DNA of 64,000 nt from Anaeramoeba ignava BMAN (Eukaryota > Protista > Anaeramoebae). The number at the start of each line of letters is the position of its first letter. The stretch's first letter is position 1. Of the stretch, positions 1-12,253 are shown piece by piece. The notes beneath the pieces were generated by a model, which saw nothing but the letters and a program-made list of their open reading frames with translations, did no database searches and was not told the origin of the DNA. The stretch is from positions 1 to 64,000 of the forward strand of contig JAPDFW010000074.1 in NCBI GenBank assembly GCA_028826165.1. The letters are read 5' to 3'. The position numbers and the translations under genes are program-made.

Positions 1-1779
1 GTTCAAGTAACAAAAAGATGAAGAAGATTGTGCTAAACTTATTAAAGAACATGGAGGAAAAATAGAAGATAAAATCACAAATGAAACCAAATACATTTTA
101 GTATCACATGGAGCAAATATATTGATAAGTGAAAATTTTAGAGAAACATATGAAGAAATATTAGTTTCTAAAAATTGGTTAGAAAGATGTTGTTTTTAAA
201 ACATTGATTTATAATCCTCAAGAGAATATTGTATTTTCAAACCTTTAAAAAGCTATTCCATTTGAATTTATGAAACAATTCCGAATATCTTTATCAGGAT
301 TTAAAAACAAATGAAAATTAAAAATAAATACATTATCAAACAACTTGGAGCAAAATTTACAGGAACATTATCAAGAAAAATACACATTTGATTTGCAGAG
401 AAGCTAAAGGGAATAAGTACAAAAAGCAATTTTATGGGGAATCAAAATTGTAAATGAAAATTGGCTTTGTTATATTGCAGAAAGTGGAGAATATTTAAAT
501 GAAAATGATTTTTATTTTTAATCAAGAAGAAAAAAATACAAATTTAAATACAAATACAAATACAAATATAAATACAAATTCAAATCAAAAACTGAAATTG
601 ATCTTTTGAATTAGATTCAACTCCTCAAAAATTCGAAATTTCAAACATTAGAATATTCTAAACCAAGAAATTCAATAAAATCAATAAATAGTGATTTTTA
701 GTTCACCTTTATATCGCAAAAAATAACAGATAGTAATTATTCAGAAAAGTAATTCTGATATAAGTTATAGTTTAGATACAGATGCATATAATTATGAAGT
801 TGATGAGTTTTTAGATGATGATACTCAAGAACAATTTATATTTTATATTCTTTCAAAAACCAAAAATAAACTCAGATTAAAAGAAATTGTTTCTTCAACA
901 TTGAATTCAGCATGTTGTGAAAGATTAATATCAGATGTTACTCATGTGATTTATTCAAAAGAAGATGAAGAAAGTGAAGAATATAAAGAAGCATTATCTT
1001 TGAAAAAGATTCTTGTTAAAGATGAAGATGTTTATGAATTTTTTGATGATCCAATTAAACTTACAAATTTTTTAAAATCAAATCGAAAAAATTCAAATGA
1101 AAAAACATCAAGTTATAAAAAATCACCAATATTAGTTAATTCAACAAATTTTGGAGGTTTAAAACAATTACAAACTCCAGAAAAATTTAAGCATGAATTA
1201 TCAAATGAAAATACACCATTATCAATTAAGAAAATAACAAATTCAAAAAATCCAAATTCAAAAAATCCAAATTCAAAAAATCCAAATTCAAAAAATCCAA
1301 ATTCATTTCAAACTATAATTTCACCTTGTAAAATTGTTTCACCAACAACAACATCTCCAAAAAATAATTTGGAAATTATTGATGTTTTATTTTCTAAACA
1401 AAAAAGTCCATCTCATAAAGTTAAAGAAAAATATTTAGAAAATTTAGAAAATTCAAAACAAAATCAATTTAGAAGATCAGATTTAAATATTTTTTCACAA
1501 TTTTATGATAATTCACAAGTTGAAAAAAATGATTTAAAAAAAACAGAATCAAAAGAAAAAAATGAAAATGAAAATGAAAATGAAAATGAAAATGATAATG
1601 AAAATGATGATGATGAACCAAATCCAATTGTTATTTGGGAAAATAGTAATCAAGAAAATGGAAAAAATATTCAAACTTTTTCTTCAAATGATAGTGATGT
1701 TGATTTATTTAAAATTAATGGAAGTGGATCAAAAACATTTATAGAAGCATATCATAAAATGAAAAATAAAAGATTTTAA
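1..1779 (+). CDS. 3' part of a multi-BRCT protein, TopBP1/Rad4(Cut5)-like; several apparent frameshifts in the first ~900 nt
   Basis: Reading across frameshifts gives BRCT-type segments (LIKEHGGKIED...VSKNWLERC; ISLSGF...IIKQLGAKFTGTLSR..THLIC..AKGNKY..WGIKIVNENWL). These run into ORF 901-1779 (DVTHVIYS, another degenerate BRCT, plus a low-complexity tail). The gene start lies outside the window. Confidence 0.6.
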
Positions 1780-1877
1780 AAAAAAAAGAAAATAAAATTA
1801 TTAAATAAAATTATAAATAAAAAATTTTTCATTTTTTTCATTTTTTCATTTTTTCATTTTTTCATTTTATTTTTTTT

Positions 1878-3355
1878 ATGTCAAAATCAAATTCAAAATC
1901 AAATTCAAATTCAATAGAAAATGAAGAATTTTTTTCTTTTGAATCAATTTCAAATGAAGATTCAAATTCAGATTCAAATTCAAATTCAAATTCAGATGAA
2001 AATTTAAATCAAAATCAAAATCAAAATCAATTATTACAAAGTACAATGTTTATCAGTCAAAATCAAAATGAAATAAAGAAACATTCAAAAAAACAAAAAG
2101 ATCCATTTTATCATTCAGATTCAGAAACAGAAACAGAAACAGAAACAGAAACAAATTCAAATTCAGATTCAAATTTAAATTTAAATGAAAATTCAATTTT
2201 TATAAAAAAACAAAATCAAGAATCAGAAGAATTATTAGATAGTATTTATCAAAAAGTTTTAAATAAAAATGAATTAACAAAAGAAGATATTAATGAAAAT
2301 TATGAATTATTTAATCAAGAAATTGAATCTCAAACAAAACAAATTGAAAGAGAAATTGAAGTATATAAAAAATTTTTAGATTCAACAATAGAAATAAATT
2401 CAGAAGAAAATGAAAATGAAAATCAAAATGAAAATGAAGATTTAATAAATTTTAATGATAATTTTTCAAATTCAAATCCAAATCCAAATCCAAATATAAA
2501 ACAAGAAATTGAAGAATTTAGAAAAGAACTTGAAAAAATACAAATTGAAAAAAACAAAATATTATCAAAAATTAAAAGAACAGAAGAAAAAAAGAAAGAA
2601 TATGATAAAATCAAAAAAATGTTTTGGGAAAATAATTTAGATTTTCAATATCAAAAAAAAATACAAGAAGATGAACTAGTTTCTTTAAAACATAAAATTG
2701 AAAATGCAAAAGAATCACTTTCAGAATTTGAAAATTTAAATATTTTTGATATTGTTTTTAAATTGAATTTTGATAATAAAATTGCAAGTATAAATGATTA
2801 TAGATTTGGGAAATTATCACAAAATGAAGTTAGTTGGCAAGAAATTAATACAGCTTGGGGATTAACAACATTATTTCTTTTTTCATTAGCTAAAAAATTA
2901 AATTATGAATTTATTAAGTAACTTTTTAAAAAAAAGCAAAAAAAGCAAAAAAAGCAAAAAAAAAAGTGGAACAAAAAAAATTTATTCTTTTTTTCTTTCA
3001 AAACAAAATTTATTTATTTAGTTATCAAATTATTCCTTTTGGAGAAAAATCTTATATTCAAAAACCACAAAAAAAAGAAATTAAACCTCTTTATAAAGTT
3101 GGATCTAGATTTGGGAAATCTAATCCTTTTGAAGAAGGAATGGTTTGGTTTATTGAATGTGTTGATGAATTAGGAAATTTTTTGAAAAAAAAAGATTCAA
3201 AATTTAAATTTGAATTTTTAATTAAAGGAAATTATATTGGAAATAAAACAATTAAAGATCATAAAAAATATGAAGAATGGACAAAAGCACTTAGTTATAT
3301 TTTAAAAAATTTACAACAAATTTCTAATTGGTATTCAAATTATAGAGAAATGTGA
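1878..3355 (+). CDS. ATG6: Beclin-1/Atg6/Vps30 (PI3K complex subunit), 2 exons
   Basis: Coiled coil followed by the APG6/BARA signature INDYRFGKLSQNEVSWQEINTAWG. A GT-AG intron at 2918-3021 joins to YQIIPFG...EEWTKALSYILKNL. Confidence 0.88.
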
Positions 3356-3374
3356 ACAAATCTTATAAAAAAAT

Positions 3375-3730
3375 TAAAATCAAATTATAAAGAAATTAAA
3401 TCAAATTAAAATTAAAATCAAAATCAAAATCAAAAATCAAAATCAAAATCAAATTCAAATAAAATTAAAATCAAAATCAAAATCAAAATCAAAATCAAAA
3501 TCAAAATCAAAATCAAAATTAAAATTAAAATTAAATTCAAAATCAAAATCAAAATTAAAATCAAAATCAAAATCAAAATCAAAATCAAAATCAATTTTCA
3601 TTTTAATTTTAAAATTAAATTCAAAATCAAAATCAAAATCAAAATTAAAATTAAAATTAAATTCAAAATCAAAATCAAAATCAAAATTAAAATTAAATTA
3701 AAATTAAAATCAATTTTCATTTTAATTTTA
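3375..3730. repeat. (AAAATC/AAAATT)n hexamer microsatellite
   Basis: Seen directly, just downstream of the Atg6 stop. Confidence 0.9.
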
Positions 3731-3738
3731 AAAAATAG

Positions 3739-3830
3739 ATAATTAAAGGATTGAGATGTTTAAAAGAAAATGAAATTATTCATAGATATTTAAAACCTAA
3801 AATTATTCTTCATTCAATTAAATTATTATT
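3739..3830 (+). pseudogene. Orphan protein-kinase catalytic-loop fragment
   Basis: After an AG at 3737-3738 the sequence reads IIKGLRCLKENEIIHRYLKPKIIL, matching kinase subdomain VIa/VIb (HRDLKPxNIL) with the catalytic D replaced by Y. No other kinase exons are nearby. Confidence 0.5.
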
Positions 3831-4185
3831 CAAAATTTAGATATATAATTAATTTATAAAAATATTTAAATTGGAAAATGGATTTTTATTTAATATATTT
3901 TCTTTAAATATTTATTTATGAAGATTAGATATAAAATTTATATTAAATTATTTATAAGAAATACACTTTTTTTGAATAAAATAATATCTAAAATTTAATA
4001 ATATAAATTTTTAAATTATAATTAAATGAATTATTTCTAAATATTATTTAAAAAATCTTTTTTGATTGATTTTTCCATTTTTTTCAAGTTAAAATAATTT
4101 TACCACACAAAAAAAAATCTTTTTGATTGATTTTTTCATTTTTTCAAGTTAAAATAATTTTACCACGCAAAAAAAAATCTTTTTA

Positions 4186-5580
4186 ATGAATTTTTCAGAA
4201 AAGATAATTATAATTATTTTGTTATTTAGTGCTATTGTTGTGTTATTTCAAAGTAATTTTATTTGGGAAAAAGAAAAAGAAATAAACCAAGAAATAGAAA
4301 TAAAAGAAAAAGAAAAAGAAAAAGAAAAAGAAAAAGAAAAAGAAAAAGAAATTGAAACAAATGGGAATGAAAATGAAACATTTAAACCGGCAATATTACT
4401 AACTGAGCTTTGGCAAGATCAAGTTGAAGATTTATCAACTAATTTAGTAACTTCATATATAACTGCAGATCAAGCAATTGCTCAATTTTCTAATTTTGCA
4501 AATTGGGCACTTAATAAACCACGTTCAGATTTAAAAATATCAAACGTTGAAGATCGTTTAAATTTAAATTGTCAAAAACAAGAAAAAAAAAATGTTAATA
4601 TGTTTGGAACAAATATTGAAGCAACAGGAAATCCAGAAGACCCAGTATTGTTTTATATTGAGGTTCCAAGGTTTGAATCTAATATCTATCATGCATTAGT
4701 TTTGGATTATTCAGCGAAAAAATTTTGGTGTGTAATGAATGAAGCTTTTTTCCAAAATCCGGCAAAAAATTATACAATTATGAGAAGACAAGATCATGAA
4801 GATTCAAGAGACTCATATATGGAAGAACTTTTGGATCGAGTCTCAACAACGAAATGGGATCCTAAAAACAAATACAGCAAGATTATTGAAGTGGTAGCGA
4901 AAAAGGAGTTTTTGGTTGAATGTTGGGAATTTAGACCAAATACTTTAGTTGATAATACAGTTATTAAAATTGCACAAAAAATTGTCACTTTTTTTCCGCA
5001 AAAGAACCGTTCCATTTGTGGCGAATCTGGATGTGTTCTTCTGCTTCAAAGATGCGATGGATCAAGATTACTCTCTGATTACAAAACTGGATCCTTTATC
5101 ACAATAGCATCTGAATTATTAAAACGAGGAATTCCTGTTGAAATTGCGAATTTTTGTTCAACATCCGCTGCAAATCAAATTCAAGCTCTTCAGAGAGCTT
5201 CTGTTTTTGTTGGAGTTCATGGATCTGGATTGACAAATATGATTTGGTTAAGACCTAATACAACCCTTATTGAAATATCACTGAATTTTGGTTGGTGTTG
5301 TTTTGTTCCAGTTCCTGAAATTTATAGAGAATCTGTTTCTAATCCAAATCCTCAACCTTGTACTGATAAGTGTATTAAATATATGAAAGCAGATCATTTT
5401 AATTTGGCAAAGAGGTTTAATATCAAATGGAGAGATTTTCATCCTTATTTTAGTACTCCTGTTTATAATGAAGGAGAAATTAATAGAAGAATGATTTTTG
5501 TTGATTCTGTTCTTCTTGCTGATCTTATTGAAGAAGAATATTATAAAAATCAAATCAAATTAAAATCAAATCAAAATTAA
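4186..5580 (+). CDS. Glycosyltransferase family 61 (DUF563)-like type II membrane protein
   Basis: N-terminal hydrophobic anchor, EK-rich stem, and the GT61 motif QIQALQRASVFVGVHGSGLTNMIWLRPNTTLIEI. Confidence 0.8.
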   Translation: MNFSEKIIIIILLFSAIVVLFQSNFIWEKEKEINQEIEIKEKEKEKEKEKEKEKEIETNGNENETFKPAILLTELWQDQVEDLSTNLVTSYITADQAIAQFSNFANWALNKPRSDLKISNVEDRLNLNCQKQEKKNVNMFGTNIEATGNPEDPVLFYIEVPRFESNIYHALVLDYSAKKFWCVMNEAFFQNPAKNYTIMRRQDHEDSRDSYMEELLDRVSTTKWDPKNKYSKIIEVVAKKEFLVECWEFRPNTLVDNTVIKIAQKIVTFFPQKNRSICGESGCVLLLQRCDGSRLLSDYKTGSFITIASELLKRGIPVEIANFCSTSAANQIQALQRASVFVGVHGSGLTNMIWLRPNTTLIEISLNFGWCCFVPVPEIYRESVSNPNPQPCTDKCIKYMKADHFNLAKRFNIKWRDFHPYFSTPVYNEGEINRRMIFVDSVLLADLIEEEYYKNQIKLKSNQN

Positions 5581-6520
5581 AATCAAAATCAAAATCAAAT
5601 TCAAATCAAAATTAAAATCAAAATTAAAATCAAAATTAAAATAAATTAAAATCAAAATCAAAAATCAAAATCAAAATCAAAATCAAAATCAAAATCAAAA
5701 TCAAAATCAAAATCAAAATTAAAATTAAAATCAAAATTAAAATTAAAATTAAAATTAAAATTAAAATTAAAAATTAAAATCAAAATCAAAATTAAAATCA
5801 AAATTAAAATCAATATCAAAATTAAAATCAAAATTAAAATTAAAATCAAAATCAAAATCAAAATCAAAATCAAAATCAAAATCAAAATCAAAATTAAAAT
5901 TAAAAATTAAAATCAAAATTAAAATCAAAATTAAAATAAAAATCAAAATTAAAATCAAAATCAAAATTAAAATCAAAATCAAATTTAAAATCAAAATCAA
6001 AATTAAAATCAAAATCAAAATCAAAATCAAAATTAAAATCAAAATTAAAATCAAAATTAAAATCAAAATCAAAATCAAAATTAAAATCAAAATGAAAATT
6101 AAAATCAAAATCAAAATCAAAATTAAAATCAAAATCAAAATCAAAATCAAAATCAAAATCAAAATCAAAATTAAAATCAAAAATTAAAATCAAAATTAAA
6201 ATTAAAATTAAAATCAAAATTAAAATCAAAATCAAAATCAAAATCAAAATCAAAATTAAAATCAAAATCAAAATCAAAATTAAAATTAAAATTAAAATTA
6301 AAATCAAAATCAAAATCAAAATTAAAATCAAAATTAAAATTAAAATCAAAATTAAAATCAAAATCAAAATCAAAATTAAAATCAAAATCAAAATCAAAAT
6401 CAAAATCAAAATTAAAATCAAAATTAAAATCAAATTAAAATCAAAATCAAAATTAAAATCAAAATAAAAATTAAAATCAAAATCAAAATTAAAATTAAAA
6501 TTAAAATCAAAATTTATTTT
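5545..6520. repeat. ~1 kb (AAAATC/AAAATT)n microsatellite between convergent genes
   Basis: Seen directly; it produces the spurious ILIL/FDFD ORFs. Confidence 0.95.
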
Positions 6521-6604
6521 CAAAATCGGATAAAAAATTAAAAATGTTTGAAAAAAATTTTTATTGTTTTTTTATTATTGAGAAAAGAAAAGAAAAGAAA
6601 AGAA

Positions 6605-7045
6605 TTAATTGTTTATGATTGCTAATAAATCTGATTGATAAAAAAGTAAGTAATCTTTACCGAAAGAATTTAATTGAATACCACCATAATCAGGAATTAA
6701 AACAGTATCACCTTTTTTAACAATCATTGGAATTCTTTTTCCTTCTTGATTAACTCTTCCATCACCAACACTACAAACTATTGCTTCTTGACTGTTTTTT
6801 ACCATTGAATCAGGTACATAAATTCCTGATTCGGTTTTTGATTGTGTTTCTTTTCTTTTTACTAAAACTCGATCAAATAATGGTTTAAATCCTTCTATAA
6901 TTTCATTTTGTTTCGTTGAAAAACTTTTAATTATATTTGTTGTTTGATTTGTTACTACTTTATATAATTTAAACTTGTATTTTTTTTTGTATTTTTAATT
7001 TTTAAATTTTATTTTCAAATTTTCTTTTATTTTTCTTTTTACCAT
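6605..7045 (-). CDS. CPN10: Chaperonin 10 (Cpn10/GroES) with an N-terminal organellar presequence; ATG-only first exon
   Basis: The body FKPLFDRVLV...TESGIYVPDS...VGDG...VKKGDTVL..YGG...DLLAII is GroES-like. ATG at 7045-7043, then intron GTAAAA...AAG (7042-6974), gives the in-frame N-terminus MFKLYKVVTNQTTNIIKSFSTKQNE. Confidence 0.85.
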
Positions 7046-7124
7046 TTCTTTTTCTTTTTATAATAAAAATTTTTGAAAAGAAAAAAATGAAAAAAAATAA
7101 AATTCAAAAAAAATATTTTTTCCG

Positions 7125-7490
7125 ATTTTAATTAAAATTAAAATTAAAATTAAAATTAAATTTAAAATTAAAATTAAAATTAAAATTAAAATCAAAATTA
7201 AAATCAAAATTAAAAATTAAAATTTAAATCAAAATTAAAAATTAAAATTAAAATTAAAATTAAAATTAAAATTAAAATTAAAATCAAAATTAAAATCAAA
7301 ATTAAAATTAAAATTAAAATTAAAATTAAAATTAAAATCAAAATTAAAATTAAAATTAAAATTAAAATCAAAATTAAAATTAAAATCAAAATTAAAATTA
7401 AAATTAAAATTTAAATTAAAATTAAAATTAAAATTTAAAATTAAAATTAAAATTAAAATTAAAATTAAAATTAAAATTAAAATCAAAAAT
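7125..7490. repeat. (AAAATT/AAAATC)n microsatellite
   Basis: Seen directly. Confidence 0.9.
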
Positions 7491-7758
7491 TGGAAATAGA
7501 TTTTGTTCTCTTTTGTTTTTGTTTTAATTTTTTAAATTGAAAAATGAAGAAAATTGAAAAAAAAGGAAAAGAAGAAAAAGAAAAAGAGTGGAATTTTTTT
7601 GATAAAGAATTTAAGTAAAAATTTGAATTTAAATTTGGATTTGAATTTGAATTTAAATTTGAATTTGAATTTGAATCTAATTTGAAAATAGAATTAATAA
7701 TCTTTTTTTTCTCTTGAATTTTGAATTTTGAATTTTGAATTGAATTTGGAATATTTAT

Positions 7759-9153
7759 TTAAAGTTCTTTTTCAGATTTTAAATCATATTCAATTTTTGA
7801 TTGATTTTGTGAATTATTTTGTTTTTGATTAAACAAATAAACTCTACCTTTATGTGAATAAATTTTTGGAGCACTAATTATTAAATAATTATCTGAAATT
7901 AAAACAGTAAATCCAAATAAATCATTTTGTTTCCCATTATTTGCAGTTAATATTTGGATTTGATTCCATTTATTTTCATTTTCATTTTTTTGGAAAATAT
8001 AAGCTTTGCCTTGTTCTTCATTATCTCCAACTTTTGCATAAGGAGCTCCAATTAAAAGAATATTACCATCTTTGGAAATTGAAATACTAAATCCAAGCCG
8101 ATCATTTTCTTTCCCATCATTTGAAGTTAAAATTTGGATTTGATTCCATTTATTTTGATTTTGATTTTTTTGGAAAATATAAACTTTTCCTTGTTCTTCA
8201 TTATCTCCAACTTTTGCATAAGGAGCTCCAATTAAAAGAATATTATCATCTTTGGAAATTGAAATACTCTCTCCAAACCAATCATTTTCTTTCCCATCAT
8301 TTGCAGTTAAAATTTGGATTTGATTCCATTTATTTTCATTTTCATTTTTTTGGAAAATATAAACTTTTCCTTGTTCTTCATTATCTCCAACTTTTGCATA
8401 AGGAGCTCCAATTAAAAGAATATTATCATCTTTGGAAATTGAAATACTAAATCCAAATAAATTATATTGTTTCCCATCATTTGCAGTTAAAATTTGGATT
8501 TTATTCCATTTATTTTCATTTTCATTTTTTTGGAAAATATAAACTTTTCCTTGTTCTTCATTATTCTCAAATATTGCATAAGGAGCTCCAATTAAAAGAA
8601 TATTATCATCTTTGGAAATTGAAATACTAAATCCAAATAAATCATTTTGTTTCCCATCATTTGCAGTTAAAATTTGGATTTGATTCCATTTATTTTCATT
8701 TTCATTTTTTTGGAAAATATAAACTTTTCCTTGTTCTTTATTATCTCCAACTTTTGCTCGAGGAGCTCCAATTAAAAGAATATTATCATCTTTGGAAATT
8801 GAAATACTCCATCCAAACCAATCATTTTGTTTCCAATCATTTGCAGTTAATATTTGGATTTGATTCCATTTATTTTCATTTTCATTTTTTTGGAAAATAT
8901 AAACTTTGCCTTGTTCTTCACTATTCTCAAATATTGCATCAGAAGCTCCAATTAAAAGAATATTCTCATCTTTGGAAATTGAAATACTAAATCCAAATAA
9001 ATCATTTTCTTTCCCATCATTTGCAGTTAACATTTGGATTTGATTCCATTTATTTTCATTTTGATTTTCATTTTTTTGAATTGAAAAAAGAAAAATTAAT
9101 AATAAAATTAATAAGAATTGAATAAAGAAAGTTGATTTTTGAATTGTTTTCAT
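7759..9153 (-). CDS. Secretory FG-GAP repeat beta-propeller protein, 7 repeats (copy 1)
   Basis: Start MKTIQK (ATG at 9153, shared with the paralogs), hydrophobic signal, 7 repeats of ~60 aa (LTANDG..ND.FG.SISIS..NILLIGAP...QGKVYIF), C-terminus KSEKEL. Confidence 0.85.
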   Translation of the reverse strand: MKTIQKSTFFIQFLLILLLIFLFSIQKNENQNENKWNQIQMLTANDGKENDLFGFSISISKDENILLIGASDAIFENSEEQGKVYIFQKNENENKWNQIQILTANDWKQNDWFGWSISISKDDNILLIGAPRAKVGDNKEQGKVYIFQKNENENKWNQIQILTANDGKQNDLFGFSISISKDDNILLIGAPYAIFENNEEQGKVYIFQKNENENKWNKIQILTANDGKQYNLFGFSISISKDDNILLIGAPYAKVGDNEEQGKVYIFQKNENENKWNQIQILTANDGKENDWFGESISISKDDNILLIGAPYAKVGDNEEQGKVYIFQKNQNQNKWNQIQILTSNDGKENDRLGFSISISKDGNILLIGAPYAKVGDNEEQGKAYIFQKNENENKWNQIQILTANNGKQNDLFGFTVLISDNYLIISAPKIYSHKGRVYLFNQKQNNSQNQSKIEYDLKSEKEL

Positions 9154-9530
9154 TTTGTTTTTAAATTTATTATTTTTATTATTATTATTAAAAAGAAAAA
9201 TGAAAAATGAAAAAATTTTTAAATTCAAAAAGAAAAATGAAAAAGGAAAAAGTGGAAAAGGAAAATTTAATCTTTTTATTTCTTTTTTTGTCTTTTGTTT
9301 TAATTTTTTAAAATGAAAAAAAATAGAAAAAGAAAAAAAAAGAAAAAGTGGAATCTTTTTGATAAAGAATTTAAGTAAAAATTTGAATTTGAATTTGAAT
9401 TTGAATTTGAATTTGAATTTGAATTTGAATTTGAATTTGAATTTGAATTTGAATTTGAATTTGAAAATGGAATTAATAATCTTTTTTTTCTCTTTAATTT
9501 TGAATATTGAATTTTGAATTGAAAAATTAT

Positions 9531-11869
9531 TTAAAGTTCTTTTTCAGATATTAAATCATATTCAATTTTTGATTGATTTTGTGAATTATTTTGTTTTTGA
9601 TTAAACAAATAAACTCTGCCTTTAAGTGAATTACTTATTGGAGCACTAATTACTAAATAATTATCTGAAATTAAAACAGTAAATCCAAATAAATCATCTT
9701 CTTCTCCATTATTTGAACTTAACATTTGGATTTGATTCCATTTATTTTGATTTTGATTTTTTTGGAAAATATAAACTTTGCCTTGTTTAATATTATTTTG
9801 AAAATCCAAAAGAATAGTTCCAATTAAAAGAATATTCCCATCTTTGGAAATTGAAATACTCTCTCCAAACCAACCATTTTCTTTCCCATCATTTGCAGTT
9901 AAAATTTGGATTTGATTCCATTTATTTTCATTTTCATTTTCATTTTCATTTTTTTGGAAAACATAAACTTTGCCTTGTTCTTTATTATTCCCAACTTTTG
10001 CACCAGAAGCTGAAATTAAAATAATATCCCCATCTTTGGAAATTGAAACACGAAATCCAAATAAATCATTTTCTTTCCCATCATTTGCAGTTAAAATTTG
10101 GATTTGATTCCATTTATTTTCATTTTGATTTTTTTGGAAAATATAAACTTTGCCTTGTTCTTCATTATCTCCAACTTTTGCATAAGGAGCTGAAATTAAA
10201 AAAATATTCTCATCATTGGGAATTGAAATACTCTCTCCAAAATGATCATTTTCTTTCCCATCATTTGCAGTTAATATTTGGATTTGATTCCATTTATTTT
10301 CATTTTGATTTTTTTGGAAAATATAAGCTTTGCCTTGTTTATAATTATCTCCAACTTTTGCATAAGGAGCTCCAATTAAAATAATATCCCCATCTTTGGA
10401 AATTGAAACACTATATCCAAAATGATCATTTTCTTTCCCATAATTTTCAGTTAATATTTGGATTTGATTCCATTTATTTTCATTTTCATTTTTTTGGAAA
10501 ATATAAGCTTTGCCTTGTTCTTCATTATCACCAACTTTTGCATAAGGAGATCCAATTAAAAGAATATTCTCATCATTGGAAATTGAAATACTCTGTCCAA
10601 ACCAATCATATTCTTTCCCATAATTTTCAGTTAATATTTGGATTTGATTCCATTTATTTTCATTTTGATTTTTATTTTCATTTTCATTTTGATTTTTTTG
10701 GAAAATATAAACTTTGCCTTGTTCAATATCGCTGTCAAAATTAAAAAAAGGAGCTCCAATTAAAAGAATATTCTCATCTTTGGAAATTAAAATACTAAAT
10801 CCAAAATGATCATTTTCTTTCCCATAATTTGCAGTTAAAATTTGGATTTTATTCCATTTATTTTCATTTTGATTTTTTTGGAAAATATAAACTTTGCCTT
10901 GTTCTTCATTATTCTCAACTTTTGCATAAGGAGCTCCAATTAAAAGAATATTATCATCTTTGGAAATTGAAATACTCAATCCAAAATGATCATTTTCTTT
11001 CCCATCATTTGCAGTTAACATTTGGATTTGATTCCATTTATTTTCATTTTGATTTTTATTTTTTTGGAAAATATAAACTTTTCCTTGTTTATAATTATCA
11101 CCAAATTTTGCACCAGGAGCTCCAATTAAAAGAATATTCTCATCATTGGAAATTGAAATACTCTCTCCAAAAAAATCATTTTGTTTCCCATCATTTGCAG
11201 TTAATATTTGGATTTGATTCCATTCATTTTCATTTTCATTTTTTTGGAAAATATAAACTTTGCCTTGATTATAATTATCACCAACTTTTGCAAGAGCTGA
11301 AATTAAAATAATATTCTCATCTTTGGAAATTGAAATACTCTCTCCAAAATGATCATTTTGTTTCCCATCATTTGCAGTTAACATTTGGATTTGATTCCAT
11401 TTATTTTGATTTTGATTTTGATTTTTTTGGAAAATATAAGCTTTTCCTTGTTCTTCATTATTCCCAACTTTTGCATAAGGAGCTCCAATTAAAAGAATAT
11501 TATCATCATTGGAAATTGAAATACTCAATCCAAAAAATCATTTTGTTTCCCATCATTTGCAGTTAAAATTTGGATTTGATTCCATTTATTTTCATTTTGA
11601 TTTTTTTGGAAAATATAAACTTTGCCTTGTTCTTCATTATCACCAACTTTTGCATAAGGAGCTCCAATTAAAAGAATATTCTCATCTTTGGAAATTGAAA
11701 TACTCACTCCAAAAAAATCATCTTCTTCTCCATAATTTGAAGTTAATATTTGGATTTGATTCCATTTATTTTCATTTTCATTTTCATTTTTTTGAATTGA
11801 AAAAAGAAAAATTAATAATAAAATTAATAAGAATTGAATAAAGAAAGTTGATTTTTGAATTGTTTTCAT
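9531..11869 (-). CDS. Secretory FG-GAP repeat protein, 12 repeats (copy 2); one frameshift near 11530
   Basis: ORFs 11525-11869 and 9531-11528 join across a T homopolymer (codons for D-F-F-G). Same repeat unit; C-terminus ISEKEL. Confidence 0.82.
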
Positions 11870-12253
11870 TTTGTTTTTAAATTTATTATTATTATTATTA
11901 TTTTAAAAAATTTTGAAAAGAAAAAAATGAAAAAAAAAATGAAAAAAAAATTTATTTTTTTAATTTTTTTAAATTTTGAAATAAAAGATTAAAAATGGAA
12001 AAAAAATTGGAAAAAAATGATAAAAAAAAGTGGAATCTTTTTATTTAAATTTTGTTCTCTTTTGTTTTAATTTTTAATTTTTTAAAATTGAAAAGAAAGA
12101 AAAAAGAAGAAAAAGTGGAATTTTTTTGATAAAGAATTTAAGTAAAAATTTGAATTTGAATTTAAATTTAAATTTGAAAATGGAATTAATAATCTTTTTT
12201 TTCTCTTTAATTTTAAATTGAATTTTAAATTGAATTTTGAATTGAATAATTAT

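Noticed and set aside
4050-4185. ~63-nt tandem duplication upstream of the GT61 gene
   Set aside because: It is real but looks like a simple local duplication with no evidence of function.
5658-7486. ORFs of ILILIL/FNFDF type (also 14992-15210, 51705-53141, 55180-55620)
   Set aside because: They are translations of hexamer microsatellites with no coding complexity.
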